A stretch of DNA of 61,070 nucleotides, filler included, from Catajapyx aquilonaris (Eukaryota): assembly GCA_000934665.2 (NCBI GenBank). It is 3 parts of 3 records of this genome, joined end to end, with 100 filler letters (N's around TTAATTAATTAA, not from the genome) between each part and the next. Parts side by side here need not be neighbours in the genome. Positions count along the whole stretch, not along the records: positions 20,400 to 40,685 come from JYFJ02006300.1; positions 40,786 to 61,070 come from JYFJ02006301.1; 1 more part is not named here. The stretch is one strand, 5' to 3'. This document shows positions 38,186 through 49,240 of the stretch, piece by piece (position 1 is the stretch's first letter; each line of letters begins with the position of its first letter). Under the pieces are notes generated by a model. It saw nothing but the letters and a program-made list of their open reading frames with translations, made no database searches and had not been told where the DNA came from. The translations under genes and the position numbers were made by a program.

Positions 38186-38476
38186 GCGACTGCCGTTATT
38201 CTAGCCAAGTGCGTCATGCGTGACTAATAAAACGCGTTTATGTTTTTAAGCGTATAGAACGTGTTATCCAGTAGTTTTATATTACGTGAATGTATGTAAG
38301 AACATATATTTTATTGATAAATCTGCAATGGTGTCGATTGCTGCCGTCGCATGCACCTGCCACTGGCACTCTGTAAATCTGTGAGGGGAAAAACTCAATT
38401 TGTGTTTCTTTTGCACATACACCCCGCAAACAATAGATAGTTATACATACCATCATGTGCATCATCGTCCACTGCG

Positions 38477-40085
38477 CACTGTTAAAAAATTCTCCGTTAT
38501 TTTACAGACTTTGCCCGGCAGCAAGGGTTCCAAGCGCGCTCGTAATCTAACTGACCCAGTCCGTAATTGATTAACTGTAATGGTCTGTGTTTTAACTGAC
38601 AGTCCGTAATTTGTATGTAAATTCATTTACGGAATGCATCCGTAAAATTAACAGAATATTCAGTGCATTTGCGGAGAGCAGGTAATTACATACAGGTTTG
38701 CAAAAATTTCTGCACAAAAGGAATGGGACAAGGGATAACCAAAAGAACAGTTTTCACCAATTAATATAAAAGTTTATTCCTGGGGTTTCCTGGAATAAGC
38801 TAAGCTTATTCTTTAAGAATGGTTAACAATCTGAATAAGCTGGGATGGGTGTTGCGTCTTTTCTTCCCTGCCTTGGTGGTTCCCTTGGATCCTGTCTCCT
38901 CATCAATGTGAAACAGGCACCTGAAAAACAAAGGGGGGTTCTCGAAATAATGTCCTGTGCATACATATTGCCCAATGTCTTGTACTGCATGCTGCATTCT
39001 GCTATGTAACACTGCATGTTTAGTTTTGGGCAGTCACAAGCATGATAGGAATAAGAAAAACTATAATTTTGAGGTCAAGCAAGAGAAATCAGTTCAGGTT
39101 TTGTGATTACTTTATCTCCAACACACGAATCATTAAATGACAAAATTTCCATTATTGTTAAACGCTAACATCAACTTTAACACAACTCATAATTGCCGAT
39201 TGATAAATTACACGAGCTAAGCTGGAGAACAGTTTTACTTGTAAAAATATCGGCACATTTCACTCACTTTTGGACAAATTCAAGTGTTGCAGATATACCA
39301 GGAGGGTATTTTATCCCAAACACAAAGTATGCAGCCATGAGGCACAATAGGGCCTCAATTGGTGTTTCCACTTGCTGAATCGCCAGTTCCCTTTCTATAA
39401 ATATATGGAAACTTCTGGTTGTATATGTATAAGTCTGTCCCTGAAATAAAAATATCTGTCAGAGTCCAATTACATCCTCGTTAAAATACAAGAACTAACC
39501 GGCGTAGATGACTACAGGTCCTTCATCTGGGCACTTGTGGGAGGCAGCATGGGATGTCACTGGACCCTGTGGGAAGTCCTGCTTAGTTCCATATTGATGC
39601 AATTATTCAAAATCAGCTTACCTCACAGGGCAGGAACAAAGTTGTTATGTCCTCCTGAAAGTGAGCTGCAACTGCAGCGACTAATCCAATGTGCAGCGGA
39701 GCCTGGCTTTCCTCCGATGTCTCTGCAGCTTTTACAGCATCTAATACATTTTTAAGTGCTGTGGAAGTGGACTTCTCGCTCAGAGTCCTCAGAATAATCT
39801 TCGTCCTATTTTCAAGCTCACCAGCCAGGCTTGCAGCAACATCATACCCAACAAGAATGGTGAAATGTTTTGCCAAGCATTCTTTGTTGAACAAGAATGG
39901 CCACTCATTCCTTAACAGCATTATTTTCTTGCACTGCAAGATGTCCTGCCGCTCCTTCACAATTTGCAGAGACATCATTTTCATACAATTGACCCAGCTC
40001 CTTCTTAAGTGTCCGCAGTACGTTCCCCTCCACAGAAGTATTTTCTTGGGGAAACCACCTCACACAGGTGGCCCCTTTTCATGAG
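38477..40085 (-). mobile_element. EnSpm/CACTA-like 3' end with spliced accessory-ORF exons
   Basis: CACTGTTAAAAAA terminus with CCGTAA subterminal repeats; exons LRNEWPFLF..HFTILVG, LMAAYFVFGIKYPPGISATLEFVQ and CLFHIDEETGSK. Confidence 0.65.
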
Positions 40086-40160
40086 GTACAACTGTTATTT
40101 ATCCCTGCTTAGAGGACCACGAAAAAAACGGTGGCGTCCGTTTTCAGAGTGAAAGAAGGG

Positions 40161-40685
40161 GGGTCATTCCATGTCAATTCACCGAGCCCCCTGACCCTTG
40201 GGTTGTCAGATTTTGACGAAAATCGGCGAATCGCTTTAATTACGTCTTTCAAAAATACCATTTGCGCGGTTTTGAGATTTACCCCCCCTCCCCGGAGATA
40301 GGCCCACCGAAAAAAACGTCATTCTCGGAAGGTAGGGTTTCAGAAATCGGTCATATCTCGTGAACCAATTGAGCTACAGACGTCGTAGACCGCTCCCTTT
40401 GAAGAGATTCGAGAGCCCAATCTCACTAGGGATTGAAAATTCGCATTTTGACTTTTTTGAAAATTTTGTCCCATTTTCAAAATTTCAAATTTGTTTTTAA
40501 AAAAATCCGCCTATTTTAAAAATCCGATTTTTAAATAATGTTGTAGCTCAGACCCTTTCCCTCACATAGAAAAAAATCTCAGGAGGAATTTTTGATTTAA
40601 GGAAAATAATTGCATTTGAAGGAACGCATGTGCGCCTTGAAAGTACGCAATGGGGCCAAATATAGGCCCTAATCAGTCCCAGAAT
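40161..40685. mobile_element. End of a second Sola-like element, truncated by the contig end
   Basis: Same GGGTCATTCCATGTCA terminus as 22395 but different internal sequence. Confidence 0.6.
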
Positions 40686-40785
40686 NNNNNNNNNNNNNNN
40701 NNNNNNNNNNNNNNNNNNNNNNNNNNNNNTTAATTAATTAANNNNNNNNNNNNNNNNNNNNNNNNNNNNNNNNNNNNNNNNNNNN
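40686..40785. other. Artificial contig spacer (N44-TTAATTAATTAA-N44)
   Basis: Six-frame stop cassette at 40730-40741 inside Ns. Confidence 0.95.
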
Positions 40786-41616
40786 CCCCCCTTATCAAAA
40801 CCAGTTTCATCAGCCAGTCTCGGCTGTCGGCTGTGGTCTGATGTCCAATGGTCGACACGACGGTGCCATAACTAGCACATCAATGTTTTTCGGCCCCAGT
40901 CTATGGATCACCCAGATAAAACTTTGTTTACATAAGATTGACGCAAAAGTACCTACACCAAATCTGGAAAATTTGAAGCATTTATATCCCTTCCCACTCA
41001 AAAAACCCAAAGTAACACTTCCACTGATTTGGATGCAAGGTTTTACTTTCTACGTGTCTCATAGTGAATCCACTAAGAAGAGCAAAATTGCGAGGCAAAA
41101 ATCGGAGGTGACATGTTCACGCGCTTCTCATTCACTAAGTAGGTCATGAATGGTACACATGTTGCGATCAGTCAACCTCAAAGGGATGTGAAAAGAAGCC
41201 AGATGTCTCATTTCCACTGAATATTGCCACGTTCCATTGTTAGTTAGGTTCTAAGTCTCCACTGTGCCACCACTGGGGCACGGTCCATTACTGGGGCACG
41301 GTCCATTACTGGGGCACCTACCTTATATCAGGAGTCACAGCCACTAGGTTGATGAAATTGTAATCAGGGATATCGGCAGTCACACCCATGTGGTTGACAG
41401 TGAGGAAGCATGTTTCAAGGGTCACAAGAATGGGGTATAATCTGACGAGTGAGTAAGGAGAGCCACATAAAAGCAGCTCAGAAGAGGCAGTCCAAGACAA
41501 CACACAGGGTAGTCCAGGAGAGAGGGCCGGAATTAAAAGGACATCCACAAGCAACCTCCCACATTTGATTTATACAAAAAGTGCCCCCAACCCGTTGTGG
41601 TCTGGCACTTTACCTA

Positions 41617-42194
41617 CAGGGTGGGCGAAAAGTCCCAGGACACCTGGCTTTTTTTGCCTGCAAAACAAATCTGTGCATGGAAAATGTGTCGGGGATGCTG
41701 GTGTGACATATTCTGGACACTGACGGAACTGTTTGATGAGGGGAGACATCTGACGACCCCCAACAACACCCACAATAAATTAACAATGTTAACAGTGCAA
41801 GGTGGCTGATACGAGCGGGTTCACTGTGGAGGAGAGACTTGTGGCTACTGTGCGGGTCCACGGGAGGCCTCATACGGAAAAGAACATAAGGCACATAATG
41901 CAGGATATCAGGGCTCCTTTTGGTAAGGTGCCACCGAGAAGAAGTAACTTGAACAAGTGGGAGAAAAAAGCATTCAGCATGGGAAATGTGAAAGACGGGA
42001 AGCGTGAAAGACACTTCCCTTGCTAAATGTTTTTTATGGGTGTTGTTGGGGGTCCTCAGATGTCTCCCCTCATCAAACAGTTCCGTCAGTGTCCAGAAGA
42101 TGTTACACCAGCATTTCCGACACGTTTTCCATGCACTGATTTGTTTTGCAGGCAAAAAAAAAACCAGGTGTCCTGGGACTTTTCGCCCACCCTG
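41617..42194 (+). mobile_element. Tc1/mariner-type deletion derivative with ~160-bp TIRs and transposase HTH remnant
   Basis: TA|CAGGGTGGGCGAAAAGTCCCAGGACACC TIRs; internal FTVEERLVATVRVH..PPRRSNLNKWEKKAFSMGNVKD. Confidence 0.85.
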
Positions 42195-42264
42195 TACATC
42201 TCCCTTCCCAACCATCCCATACATCCTGTCCCAAACCCACTCCTCTCCCCCATCCTCATGTTAC

Positions 42265-42304
<40 letters not shown>

Positions 42305-42963
42305 CTTGCTCTTACTGGTGCGCGGGAGGCGGGAGGGCAGTAGTCGTGGGGGCAGCGGGCTGTGTCGCTAAGGTAGGTCTGTATCCGCAAGGAAGGAAGG
42401 TTAGGCTTGGTTAGGTTAGGTTGGTACACCATACCCCTTCCAAATTCCAAAAAATCAATCTGCCTTTGCGACATAGCCAAGCTGCCCCCAGCCACCACTC
42501 CCCCTGCTGCGACCCGCACGTCAGTAAGGGTTAGTCTTTCCGTAGTAGTAGTAGTAGTGGTAGTAGTGGTAGTAGTAAATAAATAAAATAATGGATTCCC
42601 CAGTGATAGGCTTACTTGAGTCTTTTCGAGGATCATCTTTACAATAACTGGCTTTAATATTGCCTGTGCTGCAATGGGTGTTGTTTGTGAGAGGAAATGG
42701 GACAGGCCCGAGAAAACCCTCACAAACACAGAGCGAACCCATTGAAGCTACACTATGTCCACATACTTCTGTCCAACCAAGGGATCAAACATGGCACCTC
42801 AAGGTGGAAGGCTGTGGCACTGCCCACTACACCATTGTGCTAGCATTATTATCAAAACCTATTGCAGCAAAGGAAAATGATTAAAGTCAGTTATTGAAAA
42901 GATGATTCCCTAAACAGTAGTTACCAACCCTAGGGTTGTGGCCCAAACTTAACTGACTTTTAA

Positions 42964-43035
<72 letters not shown>

Positions 43036-43200
43036 AGTAGAACCCCGTTTATCCAACCGCCCTGCTCCAGCAATAAATGTATGTTTTCTCATCAAATACT
43101 GTAATGCAGGCCTACTAATAATTAATTTGTTTTGTATTGCCTTAGTTAAATTTTAAACTGCAGAGTGTGTAAGTAAAAGATAAATACTTCACTATTTCTA

Positions 43201-43759
43201 GGGGAGGCGGAGTGGTGCTGCGGTAATGTATGCGCCCACGGATGTTAAGGTCCCGGGTTCGATCCCAGCCCGGGGACACCCCCTTCATCTCATGCAGAGT
43301 TCAGGGTCACCTCTGGCTTCGTCTCGGGTGGTATATCCACAGACTAAACCACCCGGGGGAGTTCACTAAAAATGGCCACATAAAGACATTGCACTGCACC
43401 TTGCACATCCCCTCCTGTCATCCTGCCAGTGGGCCCGGGTGCTACGTAAAAAAGGCTCAAATGTACCCCCGCGAGCATAAAGATAGAGACGGCAGGCCCT
43501 TTTTTGACCTTTCTTTATCCGACTCAAATTAATGAACTATTTTTTGACCGAGTTAGCTGCTTCAGGCTTGTGTTCATGTATTTATGACAGTATATTTGAT
43601 ACTGTAATTGCTGAGATTGGCAGAGCAGCCTGCCGAAGGTGAGGGCCTGCCGTCTCCATCTTTATGCTCGCGGGTGTACTTGATGTAATAAATTAAGGTC
43701 CGTGCTGCATACCTCAGATGAGGTCAAGCACTACCCCGGATTATTATTATTATTATTAT
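43201..43759 (+). mobile_element. tRNA-derived SINE, family A, interrupted by a MITE
   Basis: B-box GGTTCGATCCC; (TTA)n tail; 15-bp TSD TACTTCACTATTTCT. Confidence 0.85.
43466..43676. mobile_element. MITE, same family as 14657-14869
   Basis: CCCGCGAGCATAAAGAT TIRs, TA-flanked. Confidence 0.85.
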
Positions 43760-43926
43760 TACTTCACTATTTCTTAGAAAAGTGGCATATTGTACATTAT
43801 AATTTCATGATTTTATGCTTTTTGTTGTGTTTTCCTTTGCTCCTTGGATTATTCGACCTTTTCTGTTATCCGAAAATGCCCTAGTCCCGTGAGTGACGGA
43901 TAATAATTGGGGTTCTACTGTATTAA

Positions 43927-44209
43927 CCCTGGAACTGTGACATGCCTGAAAGTTACGGCAACCGTGATGTGGGGTCTTTTAGGACCTCATCCATACTTGA
44001 ATTTTTATTAATTTTTATATAATACTTTTAAATGTATTGACTATATGCAATCATTCTTTGACCAATGCCTACAATGATCGCTAATTCAAAATAAACATGC
44101 ACTTCCTGTTATATACTTTTTTTAAATGGCAAAAGTTCATTGTAATTATCATTTTAATGCATTTTAATTCCTTTGGGGTCCTAAAAGATCCCACGGCACG
44201 GTTCCAGGG
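43927..44209. mobile_element. piggyBac-type MITE
   Basis: TTAA|CCCTGGAAC ... GTTCCAGGG|TTAA. Confidence 0.8.
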
Positions 44210-44824
44210 TTAACTGTTGTGAATTTTGAATGTGGATTTTTATAACAACAGACATTAAATGACAACATTGAGTTTTACGTTTCTATCTTACATTATCAGG
44301 AATAACTTCCTCTAAAACCTGTGGTAGTTGACTGGGGGGGGGAAAAAAAAAAACTGGCAAGGATCCTTCCCTGGGGAGTGCTAACATCCCTATACAGCTC
44401 AAAAAAAGTGCAGAAGGAAGTATGGTACACATTTTAAGTCCTAAAACACCATGAGTCAGGATATTCTCATGACTTGTTAATGAAATGCAATGAAAAATGC
44501 AGTGACCTGGTGACAGAAAAGCAGTTTATTTCATAACAGAGTGAAACCTGTCAATAACTATTATGTACATTTAAAGTCCTGCCAGGACCACACTCAAGTT
44601 CTGTGAATGGCATTTCCACTGTGTTAAATCGTTCCCTGATTTCGGAGGCCACCTTCCTCAAGCTCTCCATTCTAGACAGATTTACATATATTGTGTTTGA
44701 CTTTTTATCCATGTAATGTTAGGGTTGCATCACTTTAAGAAATCTCTAGGTGTCCACTTTTAATAGTATGTGGGCTTCCTTGTACTGAGTCCTGTCACTC
44801 TTGGTCCTGTACAGTTTGTAGCAG

Positions 44825-45147
44825 TTACGACTTCTCCACCGCATCTGTAGCTTCCATGTCATTTCTTGGCTCAGGCTTCGTTTTCACTTTGCCACTCTTT
44901 GATTGCTGCTTTGGTTTAATGGTCAGCTGTAGGACAAATAGATGCCAGTTACAGTTTTAGTTTGACAATTTCAAAGAAATGGTACAAAAAACATTTCAGA
45001 ATGCAGTTACTGGGCATCAGAATTGAAAGTCACCTTCAGCAAGGTAGTTTTCACTGGCTTAGCATTCCCCTTCTTCTTCAAAGATTGAGCACCAGCCACT
45101 CGGTTTAAAGGTGCTGATGTGCCAGTCTTCTTGCTGCTTTTGGCCAT
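44825..45147 (-). CDS. RBIS: Small basic protein (71 aa), ribosomal biogenesis factor RBIS/C8orf59-like
   Basis: Coding exons 45147-45034 and 44926-44825 (GT-AG, phase 0): MAKSSKK..RVAGAQSLKKKGNAKPVKTTLLK|LTIKPK.. matches the recalled RBIS motif KAKPVTTNLKK. Probable 5' UTR exon ending at 45540; AATAAA at 44525-44530. Confidence 0.7.
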
Positions 45148-45346
45148 GTCTGCAAGTAGGTTAACATGAATAGTGTAAACAACATGGTACTCGTATCCAA
45201 TTTATTACACCCATTTCTCTCTTTCTGTGGTGAAAAAAAAAAATGTACCAGAAAGTACATTTATACTATCATACGGACAAGTCAATAGCGGTCAATAGCC
45301 TCTTTAATATTTCAGATTCCTTACAGTTATTATGCAAATAACAATT

Positions 45347-45426
45347 TTGAAGGGCTCGGGAGTAAACAATGGTAAGGGTATGGGTTTTACATGTCCCTTA
45401 CCATTGTTTACTCCCTAGCCCTTCAA
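45347..45426. repeat. Intronic hairpin, ~32-bp arms
   Basis: TTGAAGGGCTCGGGAGTAAACAATGGTAAGGG ... CCCTTACCATTGTTTACTCCCTAGCCCTTCAA. Confidence 0.85.
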
Positions 45427-45788
45427 TTAACTAGAAGAGGCGTAATTTTCTGCATAACTCGAAATGATACATGGATACACGAACCAACTGGCATTGCATA
45501 ACGTTAGGCTACACGTATACGTGCACTCTGAGGATTCACCTGCCCAGTGATCCTTGATGTCTGTAATACTGCCAGAACCGACGAGCTCGTTACCGGCAGT
45601 AGTTCTTCCTATCGTAAATAACGGTGTACTGTCAAAACGGCATTGCAGCGCAGCGTCAATGCGGTATTCAGAGCGGCAACAGAACGGGTGCGTTCAGAAA
45701 CAAAGAAGCCTAGCAGTTATACTCAGCTTTTGGAGAGCTACAACCGTTTATTGAAATATTAGCTATTCGCCTCCAATAACTTCTTTGA

Positions 45789-47143
45789 TAGTGTTGGGCA
45801 AAAGCTGCTTTTTTTACAAAGCAGCTTCAGTAGTAACTGCTTTTTTTAAAAAAAGCAGCTTCAAAAAGCAGTTTTTACGAAAGTTGTTTAAACAAAGACA
45901 CAAAGTAATGAAAGAACTGAAAGTAGCTCCGTGACGTTTTATACTTATTTTATCTATTTATATTAAATCATCATGTATAAATACTTGGGAGTTCCAATTG
46001 CTGCATAAACAAGTACGGCCAGTGACAAAAGGGATATCGGAGATATCCGGTATGTGACCCACACTAGTATAAACTTGAAGGTGAGGGGATATAAAAAGGG
46101 CGTTCAAATTGTTAGATACTAAAATAATACCAGTTGTAACATACAGTGCCGCGGTTTGGGCACTGGACCGAACACATGAAATAGAAAGAATTCAAATTTA
46201 TTTTATTAAGAAATTTCTCACATTGCCTCGCAAACAGGAAGGAGAAATATCTAGATAAACACATTCAAACAGCTAATTAAATTCTTACATAAGACATGGG
46301 AAAGTTGGGAACTGCCAGACAACTATTGGAGTAAAAAAGCCCTACGATGGCTAATTTCGAACGAAGTAAATTCTACCAAAAAATTGTAAATGGAAGACAG
46401 CTTTAAGACATCTGTTTCGGAGATTGGGCTTTACTTGGGAGAGTTGGTTGATGGCAGGAAATTATGAAAATATACAGATATTGTATAAAAATTATATAAC
46501 TTCAACGTTGGACCAATATTTATTCTTCTCATTACAGTCATTATATTCGATTAGCCCCAGACTTTGGCATGGCTCAATACTTTTTATATTCACTGCCTCT
46601 TACTCATACTCGCTTAATCTGTAGTCTGAGGAACAAGTCCGAGTATTTTTTCGTAAAGGGCTACAAATTTAAATTTTCTAATGAATCTAGCTGCACTTTG
46701 TGCAACGAGAATCAAGATTTGACATTGTTCCATTTGATATACAGTGCGACTGCAAAAATTTTTTCAAACCAGAGAATGAAACACCTCCAGGGTATTCCTC
46801 GACTTCCACCATATTCAATATATAATTTGTTTGATCTTTGATGAGAACCCGCTTTTTGCCGTACAACAAATGTTTTTTTTTTTCCGAAGCCGCAAATTAT
46901 TTGATGTTTTGTAACTTTTGTGATATAGTTTTATGAGTTTGGATATTATAACTGTACGTATATAAAGTGTTCTGTAAGGGGAAGTCTTCCTGATATGCCC
47001 GCGCAGACGCGCAGAGGCAGAAAAAACAAAAAAGCAGTTTTTCTCCAAAAGCAGCTTTTCCTCAAACTCAAAGCAGTGGATGTACTGCTTTTTTTCTAAA
47101 GCAGCTTTTAAAAAGCTGCTTTGCTTTTTTGGGCCCAACACTA
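45789..47143. mobile_element. Non-autonomous hAT element containing a decayed LINE ORF2 fragment
   Basis: TAGTGTTGGGC TIRs, perfect 8-bp TSD TTCTTTGA, AAAAGCAGC subterminal repeats; internal + strand YKYLGV, YSAAVWAL..IERIQ..FIKKFL and CTLCN...H. Confidence 0.85.
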
Positions 47144-47473
47144 TTCTTTGACCCATGCCTGTAAAGAATGACACAAGGGCTGGGCCGGGCTGGGCTAACA
47201 TAATTATGATACCAATGTTTTTATTGAACCTTACGGAACCTTCATTTGAATGGTGAATACTAGGAATTTAGCGTATAATTCCAGTTTCACATCCCTGGGC
47301 AAGGGCATTGAGCAAGACCGGCACCTTGACTGCTTGTGACTGGAAGGACAACTAGCTGGTGAATTTGGTGTTGACAGACTGTTCTTGGTAATGTATGCCA
47401 AGTAGGCCTAAGCCAAAATTGATGGTAATTAATGTCATGATTCTTCCTCCTAATACAGCTAATCAATTGAAAA

Positions 47474-48481
47474 ATGTCGAACGTCCAACATATGGTGTCT
47501 ACCCAGCAAAGTCAACCATTTGGCTTCAAGTGGACTATTGAGAAATATAAAGCGGTAGAAGCGGAGAGCAAAAGTATATCCCAACAATTTACTTCTGGTG
47601 GAAGCGAAACAAGGAAGTGGAGGATGACACTTCATCCCAAAGGCAATGGTCAGGAATCTAGTGGTTTTCTCTCACTCTTCTTCTGCTACCGTCCTATTCC
47701 AACTGGTGATACGCTAACAGCATCATGCAAGTACTCTATTAAGAGTGCCACCAACAACGACTACTCAAAAGGTCCATATGTCCATGTGTACAGCAGGGAA
47801 AATATGTCTCTTTCTTGGGGTGTACCTAAATTTATTTCTGTCGAAGAGTTGGCAAGGAGGTCAGATGACCTCCTTCCTAATGGTACCCTGACTGTGGTTT
47901 GTGAGCTGGAGATCATGTTGGAGAGAAAATCTCAGGAGGTGAAAGAGAAAGTTGAGGTTCATGGCCCTGAATTATCTGAAGACGTGCAGCAATATTTGAA
48001 GTCACAGAAGACCGATGTAACGTTGGTGGTTAATGGGTCAGGGTTTGAAGTGCACAAGTTTATTATGTGTGCTCGTAGCCCAGTATTTGCAGCCATGTTT
48101 GAGCATGAGACTGAGGAAAAAATGACAGGAGAGGTGATGATCAAGGACTTCAGTCCTGAAGTGGTGCGAGGCCTCATACACTTCATGTACTATGATCAAA
48201 CTCCAGAAAACATGACTGATAAAACAGCTATGGATCTGTTGGAAGCTGCCGATAAGTATCAGATTCTTCGGCTGAAGTCTTTGTGCGAGATTCATCTCAT
48301 AAGCCGTGTAACTGTAGAAACCGTACTTGATATTCTGACTGTGGCCATGATGCATGATTCGCCAGTACTGAAGGAAGCATGTGTGACGTTTGTCAAAGCC
48401 AACGTGAACGCGGTTAAGGGGTCCGAGGCTTGGAAACAGTGTACTAATGTTGAAGTAGTGAAACTCCTTTTTAATCGGTGA
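47474..48481 (+). CDS. Speckle-type POZ protein-like (MATH + BTB), intronless divergent paralog, 335 aa
   Basis: MATH (FKWTI..KWRMTLHPKG..FLSLF..SWGVPKFI..LLPNGTLTVVCE) and BTB (TDVTLVV..HKFIMCARSPVFAAMFEH..LLEAADKY); probable 5' UTR intron; AATAAA at 48899. Confidence 0.92.
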   Translation: MSNVQHMVSTQQSQPFGFKWTIEKYKAVEAESKSISQQFTSGGSETRKWRMTLHPKGNGQESSGFLSLFFCYRPIPTGDTLTASCKYSIKSATNNDYSKGPYVHVYSRENMSLSWGVPKFISVEELARRSDDLLPNGTLTVVCELEIMLERKSQEVKEKVEVHGPELSEDVQQYLKSQKTDVTLVVNGSGFEVHKFIMCARSPVFAAMFEHETEEKMTGEVMIKDFSPEVVRGLIHFMYYDQTPENMTDKTAMDLLEAADKYQILRLKSLCEIHLISRVTVETVLDILTVAMMHDSPVLKEACVTFVKANVNAVKGSEAWKQCTNVEVVKLLFNR

Positions 48482-49240
48482 ATTGGGTGTAGCACTTGTG
48501 CAAGTAATATGCTATTCACACCTAAATGATTTTCAAGTAGTTCACTGTAGGGTAGTAGGTGGCCCAAGGAAGGGTAGAGGTCAAGGCCATTTATAGGTTT
48601 TTAAAAAGAATCTATGAAACATACTTAGTTAATTCCATAAATTTTGAAATTATTTTCTGCCTATCCTACTTCTTACTTAAATTACATTAATTGTATACAT
48701 TACATCTTGAAATTATTTTCTTACTATCCTCCTCCTTAAATTACTTTAATTTTGTAGAACGTTTCCAACCCATAATCAATTCAAGCTAACATGTGAGTGT
48801 AGCAAATGATTTGCATTTATTAGTGTTCAAAAAAATTATTCAATTATTGAATGTATGTAATTATTGAAGGGTACCTGTCAATGAATTCTTTTCACCTGAA
48901 TAAAAAATACATTTTAAAACATGAAAACACAAAATGTTGCTTAACAGTTAACATCTTCCTGTATCTGCTTGGAGCGCATTTTAAAAAGAATACGAATTAC
49001 TGCAATGCAAATCTGTAATAGAAAATTCTCTGAAAATATTGTTACTTTGCAGTCGAGCCGTTTTTTTTTTTAAACTGATGATTACTGTCCAGTGCAAGTA
49101 TTTTTAATAGTGGCCATCAACATTGCTATTGAATCCTGTGAAATTGGTAATCAGAAACGCGGCGAGGACATACTTTATCTTTCAGGTTTTGACTTTAATG
49201 CTCATTCAGGTACATGGATTTCTTCAGCATGCAATGCATG

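Larger units (their letters stand above)
43035..43920. mobile_element. pogo/Tc1-type MITE carrying a nested SINE and MITE
   Basis: TA|CAGTAGAACCCC ... GGGGTTCTACTG|TA. Confidence 0.75.

Noticed and set aside
42398..42424. Interstitial TTAGG telomeric repeat
   Set aside because: Only ~3 imperfect units inside a small inverted-repeat element
49000..49240. SECIS element to explain the zuc TGA as selenocysteine
   Set aside because: An ATGA...AAA motif exists on the minus strand, but no convincing stem or closing GA was found, and the codon aligns to Arg rather than Cys
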